A DNA stretch of 64,000 nt from an uncultured bacterium (GTDB lineage Bacteria; Patescibacteriota; Patescibacteriia; SG8-24; DYFX01): NCBI GenBank assembly GCA_937900255.1, contig CALCDZ010000004.1:20857-84856 (forward strand). Direction: 5' to 3'. Under the pieces are notes generated by a model. The model had not been told where the DNA came from. It was given only the letters and a program-made list of their open reading frames with translations, and did not search any database. The translations under genes and the position numbers were made by a program. Of this stretch, positions 1 to 11,302 are shown one piece after another; within the stretch, counting starts at the first letter, position 1; each line of letters begins with the position of its first letter.

Positions 1-1370
1 ATGACGATCGCGACTTTGAGTTCGCCAAAAAATACGGCGTCGAGATCAAGCAGGTCATCGCGCCGCCCGCCGGCGTTGAATACGATCCTTCCAAGGCCTA
101 CACCGATGCCGGCCTCTTGGTGAACTCCGGCGGTTTCGACGGCCTGGTCTCGACCCACGCCAAACCGGAAATCATCGACGCGCTCGAAACCGCCTCCAAA
201 GGCAAGCGCCAGGTCAACTACCATTTGCGCGACTGGCTCGTTTCCCGTCAGCGGTATTGGGGCGCGCCGATCCCGATCGTCTACTGCGACGAGCACGGCG
301 AACAGCCGGTGCCCGAAGCCCAGCTGCCGGTCCTCCTGCCGACCGACGTCGATTTCCGTCCGACGGGGGAGTCGCCGCTCGCCCGCTCGACGTCCTTCCA
401 CGACGCGACCTGCCCCGTCTGCGGAAAACCCGCCAGGCGCGAAGTCGACACGATGGATACCTTCGTCGATTCTTCCTGGTACTTCCTGCGCTACGCCGAC
501 CCCAAGAACCCGGCCGCATTCGCCGACGGAGCCAAGATCGACGCCTGGTGCCCGGTCGACCTGTACGTCGGCGGCGCTGAGCACGCCGTCCTGCATCTCC
601 TCTATGCGCGGTTCTTCACCAAGGTGCTGCATGACGCCGGCATGGTGAAGTTCGACGAGCCGTTCACGAAGCTCAAGAACCAAGGCCTGATCCTCGGCGA
701 AGACGGGGAGAAGATGTCCAAGTCGCGCGGCAACGTCGTCAATCCGGATGACGTCATCGCCGAGCATGGAGCCGACGCCTTCCGCCTCTACGAGATGTTC
801 ATGGGCGATTTCGAGCAGGTGAAGCCTTGGAGCACGAGCGGCATCATCGGACTGCGCCGCTTCCTCGACAAGGTCTGGAGGCTGCAGATCGGCGATACGG
901 ATACCGCTCCGTCCGTCCGCGCGCTGCTGCATAAGACCATCAGGAAGGTCGGCGAGGATATCGAACACTTCAAGTTCAACACGGCCATCAGCGCCATGAT
1001 GATCTTCGTGAACGAGGCGGAGGGCGCCGCGCTCTCGAAGGACGACTACGGCTCGTTCCTGAAGATCCTCTCGCCCTTCGCCCCGCATTTCTGCGAGGAG
1101 GCCTGGGAGCGTCTTGGGCACGCCGACCGCATCACGCGCTCTTCCTGGCCGGCCTATGACCCGGCACTGACGGTCGACGCCGAGATCGAGATCGCCCTGC
1201 AGGTGACCGGCAAGGTGAAGGATCGCATCACCGTCCCGGCCGATGCCGATGACGCTGAACTAGAACGCCTGGCACTGCAGAACCCGAAAGTCGCGGCCGC
1301 TCTCGAAGGGCGCGCCGTCAAGCAGGTCATCGTGGTGAAAAAGCGTCTTGTGAACATCGTGGCGAGCTGA
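1..1370 (+). CDS. leuS: leucyl-tRNA synthetase, C-terminal ~455 aa (5' end lies upstream of window)
   Basis: Frame-3 reading is open from base 3 (DDRDFEFAKKYGVEIKQVIAPP...). Class-I KMSKS motif (KMSKSRGN); LeuRS-like editing/anticodon-binding C-terminal region; stop at 1368-1370. Confidence 0.9.
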   Translation, partial: DDRDFEFAKKYGVEIKQVIAPPAGVEYDPSKAYTDAGLLVNSGGFDGLVSTHAKPEIIDALETASKGKRQVNYHLRDWLVSRQRYWGAPIPIVYCDEHGEQPVPEAQLPVLLPTDVDFRPTGESPLARSTSFHDATCPVCGKPARREVDTMDTFVDSSWYFLRYADPKNPAAFADGAKIDAWCPVDLYVGGAEHAVLHLLYARFFTKVLHDAGMVKFDEPFTKLKNQGLILGEDGEKMSKSRGNVVNPDDVIAEHGADAFRLYEMFMGDFEQVKPWSTSGIIGLRRFLDKVWRLQIGDTDTAPSVRALLHKTIRKVGEDIEHFKFNTAISAMMIFVNEAEGAALSKDDYGSFLKILSPFAPHFCEEAWERLGHADRITRSSWPAYDPALTVDAEIEIALQVTGKVKDRITVPADADDAELERLALQNPKVAAALEGRAVKQVIVVKKRLVNIVAS

Positions 1371-1380
1371 GAATAAGGAA

Positions 1381-1414
1381 CCGCTCTGCCTGTTCGGCGG
1401 AGCGGTTTTGTGTT
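1381..1414 (+). terminator. rho-independent terminator after leuS
   Basis: CCGCTCTGCC-tgttc-GGCGGAGCGG, a 10-bp stem with one G.U, followed by TTTTGTGTT. Confidence 0.6.
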
Positions 1415-1424
1415 CGGGGCGGGG

Positions 1425-1453
1425 TTGACAAAGAGGGCTTTTCCCGCTACAAC
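1425..1453 (+). promoter_or_regulatory. candidate sigma70-like promoter
   Basis: TTGACA-N17-TACAAC upstream of a GGAGGA Shine-Dalgarno and the NUDIX ORF. Confidence 0.35.
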
Positions 1454-1471
1454 GAGGCCAGTTCACTTGAT

Positions 1472-2002
1472 TTGGAGGATACCGTGACGCAGACACTTCC
1501 AGTCTGGCGACCTTTCGAGCGGACGGACAAGGAGTTGGTCTTTGCATGCCTGCAGGACTCCTACCGCCCGACGGTCCTGGCGCTCATCCGCGATACGAGA
1601 GGACGGCTCCTGCTGGTGCAGTCCGCACGCACCGGCGAATGGGGCTTCGTCCAGGGCGGGGTCGAAGATGGTGAATCGCCGCTTCACGCGCTGAAACGGG
1701 AGGTCTTGGAGGAGCTCGGTGCCGACAGCGCGACGTGCGTGCCGGAACGGTACCTAGGATGCGCCGACATCGATGTCGATCCAGGCACGGGCTATCATCG
1801 ACGCTTCCGGAAAGGCGTGCGCTACTTCCTCTTCGAGCTCACCTACTTCGGACCGGAAATGCCGCCGCTTCAAGCTTCCGAACTCTCCGGCTACGAGTGG
1901 ATCGCGGGCGGCCTCGCCGACCCCCGGTTTCGGGATCTCCTCAAGGGCGGCCGACCGGCGAAGAACCGGCTTTACGTCGACGCCTTGCTCCGCGCCAGCT
2001 GA
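1472..2002 (+). CDS. NUDIX hydrolase
   Basis: Nudix box GGVEDGESPLHALKREVLEELG (GX5EX7REUXEEXGU). Start codon is uncertain: TTG at 1472 or GTG at 1484. Confidence 0.75.
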   Translation: MEDTVTQTLPVWRPFERTDKELVFACLQDSYRPTVLALIRDTRGRLLLVQSARTGEWGFVQGGVEDGESPLHALKREVLEELGADSATCVPERYLGCADIDVDPGTGYHRRFRKGVRYFLFELTYFGPEMPPLQASELSGYEWIAGGLADPRFRDLLKGGRPAKNRLYVDALLRAS

Positions 2003-2004
2003 CA

Positions 2005-2026
2005 GACCGCACTCGCGGTCTTTTTT
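2005..2026 (+). terminator. rho-independent terminator
   Basis: GACCGC-actc-GCGGTC followed by TTTTTT. Confidence 0.6.
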
Positions 2027-2067
2027 CATTGACATCCGCTCGCGCTTTCCGTTAGGAAGGTCTCGCC

Positions 2068-3111
2068 ATGAAGTTTCCGCCCATCTTTTCCGACCTTCCC
2101 AAACGCCCGTTGACGTTCGAGATCGCGGCAGGGGTCATTTTGGCGCTGCTGTTCTGGCGAGGATCATCCGAGGGACGCCTGCCGAAAGCGGTCGGGAACG
2201 GCACGTTCGACCGCTGGCGTGCCATCATCGTGATGCGCGCCGACGTAGTGTTCGACCCGCCCGCATCCTATTGGGTGGAGGGGCTGCTTTTGGGTGCCGA
2301 TCAGGGTTTTTCGTCGAAGTGGCGGGCGGATTTCCGGCGCACCGGGACCAGCCATCTGACCGCCGTGTCCGGCTACAACGTCGGCATGGTGCTCTCCGTC
2401 ACGCTGGCCGTGCTCGCATCGGCACCCTTCGGACGGCATGCGCGGGTAGGCATCGCCATGGGCTGCGTGGCGGCGTTCGTGCTGCTGACAGGCAGTCCCG
2501 GTTCGGTCCTTCGGGCCGCCGTGATGATCGGCGCGGTCGAAGCGGCGCGACTCTTCGGGCGCCCGATCAAACCGATCCGGGCGCTGCTCATCGCGGCGCT
2601 GTGCATCGGCGCCTGTTCGCCGCGAAGTCTGGCGCAGGACCGCGGCTTCCAGCTGTCCGTGCTGGCTTCCTTCGGCCTCGTCACGCTGGCGCCGCCGATG
2701 ACGGACTTCTTCCGGTTCCTGCCCAAGACGGTCGCGGCATGGGCCGGACAGACCTTGGCTGCCACGATCGCCACCGCGCCGCTCATCGCGCTCATGTCCG
2801 GCACGTATTCCTTGGTGGCCCTGCCCGCCAACATCGCCGTCGCGGCCTTCATCCCGGCGCTCATGGGCCTCGGCGCGCTCATCCTCGCCGCGAGCCTCGT
2901 TTCCTTGCCGCTGTCCTTGGCCGTAGCCGGTCTCGCCAAAGGCTTCTTCATGCTACCGTTGGTCCTGATCCGCGCCATGGCTTCTTGGCCAGCGGCAGCC
3001 GTGACCGGTCCGGAGGCGTTCGCCGTGCTGATCGGTGTCGAACTGGCGGCGCTCTTCTTCGTCCTCCGCTGGCGCCGCCGCGCGTCCGAACGCCTCGGTC
3101 TCCATGCGTGA
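2068..3111 (+). CDS. comEC: ComEC/Rec2-family competence membrane protein (membrane 'competence' domain only)
   Basis: Polytopic membrane protein carrying a ComEC-type motif (...TSHLTAVSGYNVGMV...). Ends with TGA overlapping the ATG of the next ORF (ATGCGTGA). Confidence 0.65.
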   Translation: MKFPPIFSDLPKRPLTFEIAAGVILALLFWRGSSEGRLPKAVGNGTFDRWRAIIVMRADVVFDPPASYWVEGLLLGADQGFSSKWRADFRRTGTSHLTAVSGYNVGMVLSVTLAVLASAPFGRHARVGIAMGCVAAFVLLTGSPGSVLRAAVMIGAVEAARLFGRPIKPIRALLIAALCIGACSPRSLAQDRGFQLSVLASFGLVTLAPPMTDFFRFLPKTVAAWAGQTLAATIATAPLIALMSGTYSLVALPANIAVAAFIPALMGLGALILAASLVSLPLSLAVAGLAKGFFMLPLVLIRAMASWPAAAVTGPEAFAVLIGVELAALFFVLRWRRRASERLGLHA

Positions 3112-3769
3112 ATCCTTCTTGAAACGGCATCGCGCCATTTTCGCCGCTTCGGCGGCCGTCTTGACGCTGGCCATCCTCCCGTTCGTCTCGGAAAGATGCG
3201 CGGCGTCGAAGTCCGACGTCCGCGTGCGGTTTTTCGCGCCCGCCCGGGGCGCCTCCGCGCTCATCTCCGGCCGCGATGGTCGTCGCATCCTGATCGACGC
3301 CGCGCCGGACGCGACTGCGCTCGAAGGATTGGCCGACGCCATGCCTTGGTGGAACCGGAAGATCGACGTCTTTCTGGTCGCCCGTCCCGATGCCGAGCAG
3401 GAGCCGGTCTTCCTTTCGATCGTCCGCCGCTATCACGTGAAGGAAATCTGGTGGACCGGGTATGCGCCGGTCGGCGAGCCATGGCGGCGCCTGGCCGCAG
3501 ATGTCCAGGCGTCGGGCATCCCGTCGCGCGCGGTCGGAGCGGGGGACCGTCTCGAGTTCTCCGGCGGTGCCCGTTTCGAGATCACTGCCCCCGACACCTT
3601 CGCCCCCGGGCGCCTCCTGAAGAAATCCGAAGCCGCCGATTCCGGCATCGCCGGGAAGTTCGTCTGCGGAACGGACGTCCTCGCGTTCGGTCCGTTCCTC
3701 GCGCGGAGACCTGACGCGCGTGCCGGGCGGGAATATGCCTGCTCAGGCGGGAAGCTGACGCAGCGGTAG
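3104..3769 (+). CDS. ComEC-associated metallo-beta-lactamase-like domain protein, catalytic motifs degenerate
   Basis: N-terminal TM helix, then a segment colinear with the ComEC lactamase domain (VRFFAPARGASALISGRDGRRILIDAAPD ... KIDVFLVARPDAEQEP). Canonical DVGQGD and HxHxDH positions are replaced by APARGA and ARPDAEQ. Separate frame from the upstream ComEC ORF. Confidence 0.5.
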   Translation: MRESFLKRHRAIFAASAAVLTLAILPFVSERCAASKSDVRVRFFAPARGASALISGRDGRRILIDAAPDATALEGLADAMPWWNRKIDVFLVARPDAEQEPVFLSIVRRYHVKEIWWTGYAPVGEPWRRLAADVQASGIPSRAVGAGDRLEFSGGARFEITAPDTFAPGRLLKKSEAADSGIAGKFVCGTDVLAFGPFLARRPDARAGREYACSGGKLTQR

Positions 3770-3848
3770 GGAAGGCCGCCTCCGTCTTGCCAAGCGGCCG
3801 CGTTTCGGGTACGCTTCCGCCATCAAACGTCATTCTTCTCTCGGAACT

Positions 3849-4346
3849 ATGATCCAACGCTCCCTCATCCTCCTCAAGCCCGACGCACTCGATCGCGGCA
3901 TCGTGGGAGAGATCCTCACCCGGTTCGAACGCGTCGGCGCGAAGCTCGTCGGCATGAAGTTGCTCGTCTCCGAGAAGGACACGGCGCTCAAGCACTACAC
4001 CGAAGACCTCGCCAAGCGCCGCGGCGAGAAGGTCCGCGAACTGATGGTCTCCATGCTGACCTCCGGCCCGATCGTGGCCATCGCCCTGGAAGGCATCGAG
4101 ATCGTCGAAGTCGTCCGCAAGATGATCGGCGCGACCGAACCGAAGAGCGCGGCCCCGGGCACCATCCGCGGCGACTACGCCCACGTTTCCTTCAAGTACG
4201 CGGACGAGAAGCAGATCGGCGTCTTCAACCTCATCCACGCTTCCGGTTCGCCGGAAGAGGCGGAGGTCGAGATCGGCGTCTGGTTCAAGCCCGAGGAATT
4301 GGTCAGCCACGACCCTTCCTACACCAACACCACCATCAAGAAGTGA
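3849..4346 (+). CDS. ndk: nucleoside diphosphate kinase
   Basis: MIQRSLILLKPDA...; NLIHASGS corresponds to the NIIHGSD active-site His region; 165 aa. Confidence 0.9.
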   Translation: MIQRSLILLKPDALDRGIVGEILTRFERVGAKLVGMKLLVSEKDTALKHYTEDLAKRRGEKVRELMVSMLTSGPIVAIALEGIEIVEVVRKMIGATEPKSAAPGTIRGDYAHVSFKYADEKQIGVFNLIHASGSPEEAEVEIGVWFKPEELVSHDPSYTNTTIKK

Positions 4347-4354
4347 GCGCGAAC

Positions 4355-4390
4355 GGAAAAAAGAGCCTGTCGTGGACCGGCTCTTTTTCT
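4355..4390. terminator. possible bidirectional terminator after ndk
   Basis: A-run, GAGCC...GGCTC imperfect hairpin, then T-run (AAAAAAGAGCCtgtcgtggaccGGCTCTTTTTC). Confidence 0.35.
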
Positions 4391-4737
4391 GTCTTGTCGG
4401 TCCTGTCGGAGAGCGGTATGCTGAAGGCGGCCCCGCGTCAGGGAGAACATGTTTTGGGACAATCATTTGGCAGAGTGGCCCGAGAGACTTAGCCGCTTTG
4501 GCGGCCAGGCCGAGGGCTTCAGCGGTAAGAGCAAGGGAAGGCGCCTTCCGGGCATCCCGTAAAGGGTTCTCGGAAGCCCGTCCTCCCAAGCCGGTCGTGC
4601 GGCGCAAGCCGTCCGGCAGCCCACATGACACTTCGCCAAATCATGCCTTCCGCCGCGGGGCCTTGTCGTTTCACGAAAAAAAAGCACGCGCCTGGACGGA
4701 AGGGGGGGGAAGGTTCCTCTCCGCCCGGGCGCGTTTT

Positions 4738-5472
4738 TCATTTGAACAAGGCTGTCGCGGCAGCGACGTAGGCTTTTGCCTTGCTTCTATCGAGCTCGTC
4801 ATCCTCCGTGCGGAGCCGTCCCTCGGCATCCATGCTGAGGAAGGGGAAACGGCTGACGAGTGGCGCCAGTCGGTCGATGGTCTCCGTCGAGAGTCCGCCG
4901 GCCACGCCGATGCCGATCCGGGGATGCCGGTCGCAGATCGCCTGGACGTATGCCTGAGCGGCATCCGTGTCGATCGGAACGCCAAGTCCGCCGCTCATGT
5001 CCACCAGGACGTCAGTGATGCGCCCTCGATACGCATCGAGCCGCGCGGCGACGTCTCCCGGTCCGCTCGCGTCCTTAAGCGCTTGGGGGCCGAGCTGCAG
5101 CACGATTCGCATGCCTTTCGGCATGGCGGGGATGGTCCCAGGTTCCGGCCAGCGGATGTTGAGCTGGAAGCCGTCGAGCCATTCGCCGCCGAGGCGGATG
5201 AGCCTCTCAAGCTGCTCGGACAGCGTCGGCGGGTCGTCCGTCGCGTAATGGATGAGATTCACCGTCCGGCGATCGGGCGGGAACACTCCGGCGATGTCCT
5301 CCACGGGCGGATAGCGGTTCGGCCACTTGTTCCGTGCGCCGGAGAGTGTCTTGCTGCTCGCCAATACGCCGATCATGAGCTGGTGGTCGCCACGGCCCGA
5401 CAGGCCATCAAGCACGGCAGAGACTTCCGACCTTTGCATGAATCCGGTCACGCCGATATACGGTGGTCGCAC
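4738..5472 (-). CDS. TIM-barrel protein resembling phosphoribosylanthranilate isomerase (TrpF family)
   Basis: Colinear with PRAI landmarks: IGVTGF (cf ICGIT), LDGFQL (cf QLHG), VLVDMSGGLG (cf LLDa..GGtG), GIGVAGGLSTETI (cf ILAGGLnpeNV), C-terminal ...SMDAEG (cf GVDvSSG). Start taken at MRPPYIGVTGF. Confidence 0.45.
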   Translation of the reverse strand: MRPPYIGVTGFMQRSEVSAVLDGLSGRGDHQLMIGVLASSKTLSGARNKWPNRYPPVEDIAGVFPPDRRTVNLIHYATDDPPTLSEQLERLIRLGGEWLDGFQLNIRWPEPGTIPAMPKGMRIVLQLGPQALKDASGPGDVAARLDAYRGRITDVLVDMSGGLGVPIDTDAAQAYVQAICDRHPRIGIGVAGGLSTETIDRLAPLVSRFPFLSMDAEGRLRTEDDELDRSKAKAYVAAATALFK

Positions 5473-5617
5473 GATGTTTCTCCTTTTCGGTAGGGAACGA
5501 TGCTTACGGACGCATGGACTATCCTACGCGTCGCTGCATATGTCAAACGGGCGGACGTTTCTCTGTTGAAGCGGCACATGCCAAAGAAAAACATCCGCCG
5601 TGAGCGGATGTCTTTCA

Positions 5618-5692
5618 TGGTCGGGCTGATGGGAATTGAACCCACTGCCTTTCCCACCCCAAGGGAACGCGCTGCCGATGCGCCACAGCCCG
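5618..5692 (-). tRNA. tRNA-Pro (anticodon GGG)
   Basis: Minus-strand cloverleaf CGGGCTG/CAGCCCG acceptor; D stem GCGC/GCGC; anticodon stem TTCCC/GGGAA with loop TTGGGGT; T-arm GTGGG-TTCAATT-CCCAT; encoded ACCA 3' end. Confidence 0.85.
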
Positions 5693-5745
5693 ACGTGGAC
5701 GGGGGTCGCCGATAGACTACAGGGAAAGCTCGCCCGTGGCAAGCC

Positions 5746-6366
5746 TTGGTCGGACCCTCATGGTACGTGCTATCCTGTCTGCATATGGATCGTGCCCTCG
5801 ATCTGCTGCAGAAAGCCCGGACCCGCCCGGCCGCCCGGTTCCTGACCGATTGGCTGCCGCGATTGGGATTGCACGGCGGCGTGGCGCTCGACCTCGGCTG
5901 CGGTTCCGGCGCGGAAGCGGAGTACCTGGCCAAGAACGGTTTCATGGTCGATGCCATCGACAAGAGCGACACGGCCGTCAAATATACGACGGAGCGCTGC
6001 CAGGGCCTGACGGTCGACGTCATCCAAGGCGACTTCCGCGAGTTCCAGCTGCGGCCCGGGTACTACGCGCTCGGCGTCGCCATCAACTCGCTGTCGTTCG
6101 TCGAGAAGGAAGCCTGCCGTAACCTGCTCCTGTCTGTGCAGGCTTCGATCAAGTCCGGCGGCGCGGTCCTGCTCGGCGTCTTCGGACCGGAACATGCCTG
6201 GGCCGCCAGCCGTCCGGACATGAGCTTCTGGACGCCGGAAGAGTTCCGCAAGCTCTGGAACGGCTGGGACATCCTGGCGCTCGACGAATACAAGGGTCCG
6301 TGGCCGCTCGTGAGCGGCGAGGAGATCTACCAGCACCGCCTCCACCTGTCGGCCAAGAAGAGATGA
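5746..6366 (+). CDS. class I SAM-dependent methyltransferase
   Basis: Motif I VALDLGCGSGAEAEYLAKNG; ~200 aa small-molecule/TehB-like MTase architecture. Confidence 0.7.
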   Translation: MVGPSWYVLSCLHMDRALDLLQKARTRPAARFLTDWLPRLGLHGGVALDLGCGSGAEAEYLAKNGFMVDAIDKSDTAVKYTTERCQGLTVDVIQGDFREFQLRPGYYALGVAINSLSFVEKEACRNLLLSVQASIKSGGAVLLGVFGPEHAWAASRPDMSFWTPEEFRKLWNGWDILALDEYKGPWPLVSGEEIYQHRLHLSAKKR

Positions 6367-6378
6367 AAAAACCGGCGC

Positions 6379-6564
6379 TTACGCGACGGCTTTTTCTTTC
6401 GGGGCCAGGGTCCGGATGCAGCGGGTGCAAAGCTTGAGCTTCACGCCGTTCACCGTCTTCGTCTGGAGGTTCACCAGGCGGCGGACTTTGGTCGCGATTT
6501 TGGAGTGGGAGCGGGTGTTCCCGGAGAGGGGACCGCGCTCGCACGCGTCACAGCGGCGGGCCAT
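6379..6564 (-). CDS. rpmB: 50S ribosomal protein L28
   Basis: MARRCDACERGPLSGNTRSHSKIATKVRRLVNLQ..., the L28 signature with SGNxxSH. Start chosen at the second Met of the track ORF. Confidence 0.85.
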   Translation of the reverse strand: MARRCDACERGPLSGNTRSHSKIATKVRRLVNLQTKTVNGVKLKLCTRCIRTLAPKEKAVA

Positions 6565-6600
6565 AGATGCGGGGAAAATCTTTACGTGGGAGGAGCGTAC

Positions 6601-7288
6601 CATGCCTTTCCAGGCTTGGCAAGAGTGTGTATCCTTTCCTCATATGCTCGGCTCCCTTTTCTCCAATCCGATCGAAGGCGTCGCTTGGATCGTGGCGTTC
6701 CTGGCCGCTTTGACGTTCCATGAGTTCAGCCACGGCCTCGCCGCCAAGCTGCAGGGCGACGACACGGCCGAACGGGCCGGGCGCCTCACGCTCAATCCGC
6801 TTTCGCATATCGACCCGATCGGCTTCCTGCTCGTGCTCGTGGCCGGTTTCGGCTGGGCCAAACCGGTGCCGTATAACCCCTACAACCTCCGCAACCAGAA
6901 GTGGGGACCGGTCATCGTCGCTGCGGCGGGGCCTTTGGCCAACCTCCTTCTCTTCGTGATCTCCGGCCTGACGTACCGGGGGCTCGTGGCCGCCGGAGTG
7001 CCGCTTTCGGGCAGTGCGCTCGGGGCGTTCCTCGGTGCCTTGATGGGCGTGAACGTCGTCCTCTTCGCCTTCAACCTCATCCCGTTCCCGCCGCTCGACG
7101 GCTCGAAGTTCCTGCTCCTCGCCCTCCAGCATCCCAAGTACGCCCGCGCCCGCTGGTGGATCGAGACGCGCGGCCCGATGGCGCTCATGCTGCTGGTCAT
7201 CGGTGATTCGTTCCTGCTGAACGGCCTCATCTTCGGCACGCTCATCGACCTCATTTCCGGGTTGGCGTTCAGGCTGATCGGGCTTTGA
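6601..7288 (+). CDS. site-2-protease family zinc metalloprotease (peptidase M50), no PDZ domain
   Basis: HEFSH (HExxH) in TM helix 1 and NLIPFPPLDG (LDG motif) in a later TM; multi-pass. The part of the track ORF upstream of 6601 overlaps rpmB antisense and is rejected. Confidence 0.75.
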
Positions 7289-7469
7289 TCCCGCGCTTCC
7301 TTGACGTCGGGGCGGGGGAGTGATACCTTTCCGGAGTCGAATTACTCCTCCGGATTTCAACGGAGAGATGTAGTGAACATGGTCGCCGACGCGGAGTAGC
7401 TGCCGCCGAAGCGATAAGGATCACGGAATCCCTGCGGATTTCGTGCGTTGCGTTTTCTCAATCAAATCC

Positions 7470-7895
7470 ATGCCTACCATCCACCAGCTCATCAAGCGTC
7501 CGAGGCGCCCGCTCAAGGTCAAGTCCAAGGCGCCGGCCCTCCAGACCGTGCAGAACACCATCAAGCGCTACAAGAAGGAGATGCCGAAGGGTGCTCCGTA
7601 CAAGCGCGGCGTGTGCGTGAAGGTCACCACTATGACCCCGAAGAAGCCGAACTCGGCTCTCCGTAAGATCGCCCGCGTCCGCCTTTCGAACGGCATGGAA
7701 GTCACCGCCTACATCCCGGGCGTCGGACACAACCTCCAGGAGCACTCCATCGTGATGATCCGCGGCGGCCGCGTGAAGGACCTTCCGGGCGTCCGCTACC
7801 ACATCGTCCGCGGCGTCTACGACACCCAGGGCGTCCAGGACCGCCGCCGCTCGCGCTCGATCTACGGCGCCAAGCGCCCGAAGGTCAAGTCCTAA
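7470..7895 (+). CDS. rpsL: 30S ribosomal protein S12
   Basis: [14 protein letters not shown]...KKPNSALRK...; start at the Met preceding PTINQL-like motif. Confidence 0.95.
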   Translation: MPTIHQLIKRPRRPLKVKSKAPALQTVQNTIKRYKKEMPKGAPYKRGVCVKVTTMTPKKPNSALRKIARVRLSNGMEVTAYIPGVGHNLQEHSIVMIRGGRVKDLPGVRYHIVRGVYDTQGVQDRRRSRSIYGAKRPKVKS

Positions 7896-7922
7896 CTCAT
7901 CAGACGCTGAACTGAAATACCT

Positions 7923-8390
7923 ATGCGCGGCAAGCAAGCCCCCAAGCGTCTGATCAAGCCGGACGCCAAGTACCACTCCGAGACCGTCGCCAAGCTCGTC
8001 AACTACGTGATGCGCGACGGCAAGAAGTCGACCGCCCAGAAGATCGTCTACGGTGCGCTCGCCATCGTCTCCGAGAAGACCAAGAAGGACCCGATCGAGC
8101 AGTTCGAGGAAGCGCTCAAGAACGTCATGCCGCAGGTCGAGGTGAAGAGCCGCCGCGTCGGTGGCGCCAACTACCAGATCCCGACGCCCGTCCGCGGCGA
8201 GCGCCGCATCTCGCTGGGCTTCCGCTGGATCATCGACGCCGCCAACGCCGTGAAGGGCCGTTCGATGGCCGACAAGCTCGGCAACGAGATCGTCTCGGCC
8301 GCCGCCGGCGAAGGCAACGCGGTCAAGAAGAAGATGGACGTCCACCGCATGGCCGAGGCGAACCGCGCCTTCGCGCACTTCGCCCGCTAA
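7923..8390 (+). CDS. rpsG: 30S ribosomal protein S7
   Basis: 155 aa with S7 signature ([13 protein letters not shown]...). Confidence 0.95.
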   Translation: MRGKQAPKRLIKPDAKYHSETVAKLVNYVMRDGKKSTAQKIVYGALAIVSEKTKKDPIEQFEEALKNVMPQVEVKSRRVGGANYQIPTPVRGERRISLGFRWIIDAANAVKGRSMADKLGNEIVSAAAGEGNAVKKKMDVHRMAEANRAFAHFAR

Positions 8391-8414
8391 TCCAGGACTT
8401 CTCACCGCTCTTCT

Positions 8415-10496
<2,082 letters not shown>

Positions 10497-10505
10497 GACC
10501 CAGGA

Positions 10506-10535
10506 GACGCCCCGCATCCGCGGGGCGTTTTCGTA
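10506..10535 (+). terminator. rho-independent terminator after fusA
   Basis: GACGCCCCGC-atcc-GCGGGGCGT followed by TTTCGTATT. Confidence 0.6.
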
Positions 10536-10564
10536 TTGACGACATCGCCCGGCCCTGCCATCCT
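10536..10564 (+). promoter_or_regulatory. candidate promoter for orphan gene
   Basis: TTGACG-N17-CATCCT, followed by AAGAGGAGG RBS before the ATG at 10600. Confidence 0.3.
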
Positions 10565-10599
10565 CTTGGCATCCCAAGAACGGGAAGAGGAGGTCTTCA

Positions 10600-11211
10600 A
10601 TGGATCCGCAAATGGAATTGGTGGTGTGGGTGCTCGCGATCGCGGTTCTTGTCTCGGTGGCGATATTCCTGGGCATGTGGCTCAGGGACCGTCGTCGCGA
10701 GCGTCGAGAGGCTCGCGTTCAGCTGCGGTCCGATGTGCACCGCGTGCGCCGCGTGCCGTCCGTCTCGGAGATCGATCGCATCCGTCGCGATTGCGGATAT
10801 CACGCCATCCCATACGAGGACATCGGCACGCACGATGCCGAACTTTCGGAGCTCACGTGCCGAGCGTATCTGGATGATGCCAGAGGTCTACGGGCCTCCC
10901 TCTGCCGGGATGCATGCGGCCACCTGAGGAAGCTGGATGGCATCATCAGATGCCTGGAGGGCGCGAACCAGAAACATCAGTGGTCCGCCATCGGGACGAC
11001 CTGGGAAGATCTGCGCGACCTCACCAGGAAGGGGATGATGGGGGAGGCGCGGAAGATCTACGAGAACGGCGTCAAGCTGCAGGACCGCGGATGGAATCGG
11101 CAGGAGAACATGCGTGCCATCGAAGCTCTTCTGATTTACGCCAACGGCACGCTTCGGGAGCTCGACCCTGAGCTCACCGACGCGGCCTGGACCGCGCTCA
11201 AGGAGGCCTGA
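10600..11211 (+). CDS. hypothetical protein, N-terminal single TM helix
   Basis: ORF with good RBS; N-terminal hydrophobic helix then Arg-rich stretch; no recognisable catalytic motif. Position between fusA and tuf is atypical. Confidence 0.5.
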   Translation: MDPQMELVVWVLAIAVLVSVAIFLGMWLRDRRRERREARVQLRSDVHRVRRVPSVSEIDRIRRDCGYHAIPYEDIGTHDAELSELTCRAYLDDARGLRASLCRDACGHLRKLDGIIRCLEGANQKHQWSAIGTTWEDLRDLTRKGMMGEARKIYENGVKLQDRGWNRQENMRAIEALLIYANGTLRELDPELTDAAWTALKEA

Positions 11212-11302
11212 TGCCTCCTTTTTTCATGCCTTGACACCGGCGCGGATTGCGCTACAGTGGGCCCACTTATCACGTTTTCCCTTGCCTATGAAGGAAGAGA
11301 CA

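Noticed and set aside
4347-4737. Possible RNase P, SRP or tmRNA gene in the ndk / trpF-like gap
   Set aside because: Only short coincidental matches to consensus elements (GCGGTAAGAGC, GTCCACGACAG). The P4/GGAAAGUCCGG core, SRP domain-IV motif and tRNA-like ends are absent. Kept only as an unclassified ncRNA candidate in findings.
4372-5493. 373-aa plus-strand ORF, and 92-aa minus ORF at 4463-4741
   Set aside because: Antisense to the TrpF-like gene or inside the non-coding gap. Arg/Pro-rich translations without features.
6416-6600. N-terminal extension of the M50 protease ORF
   Set aside because: Antisense overlap with rpmB. The conserved TM1/HExxH begins right after Met 6601.
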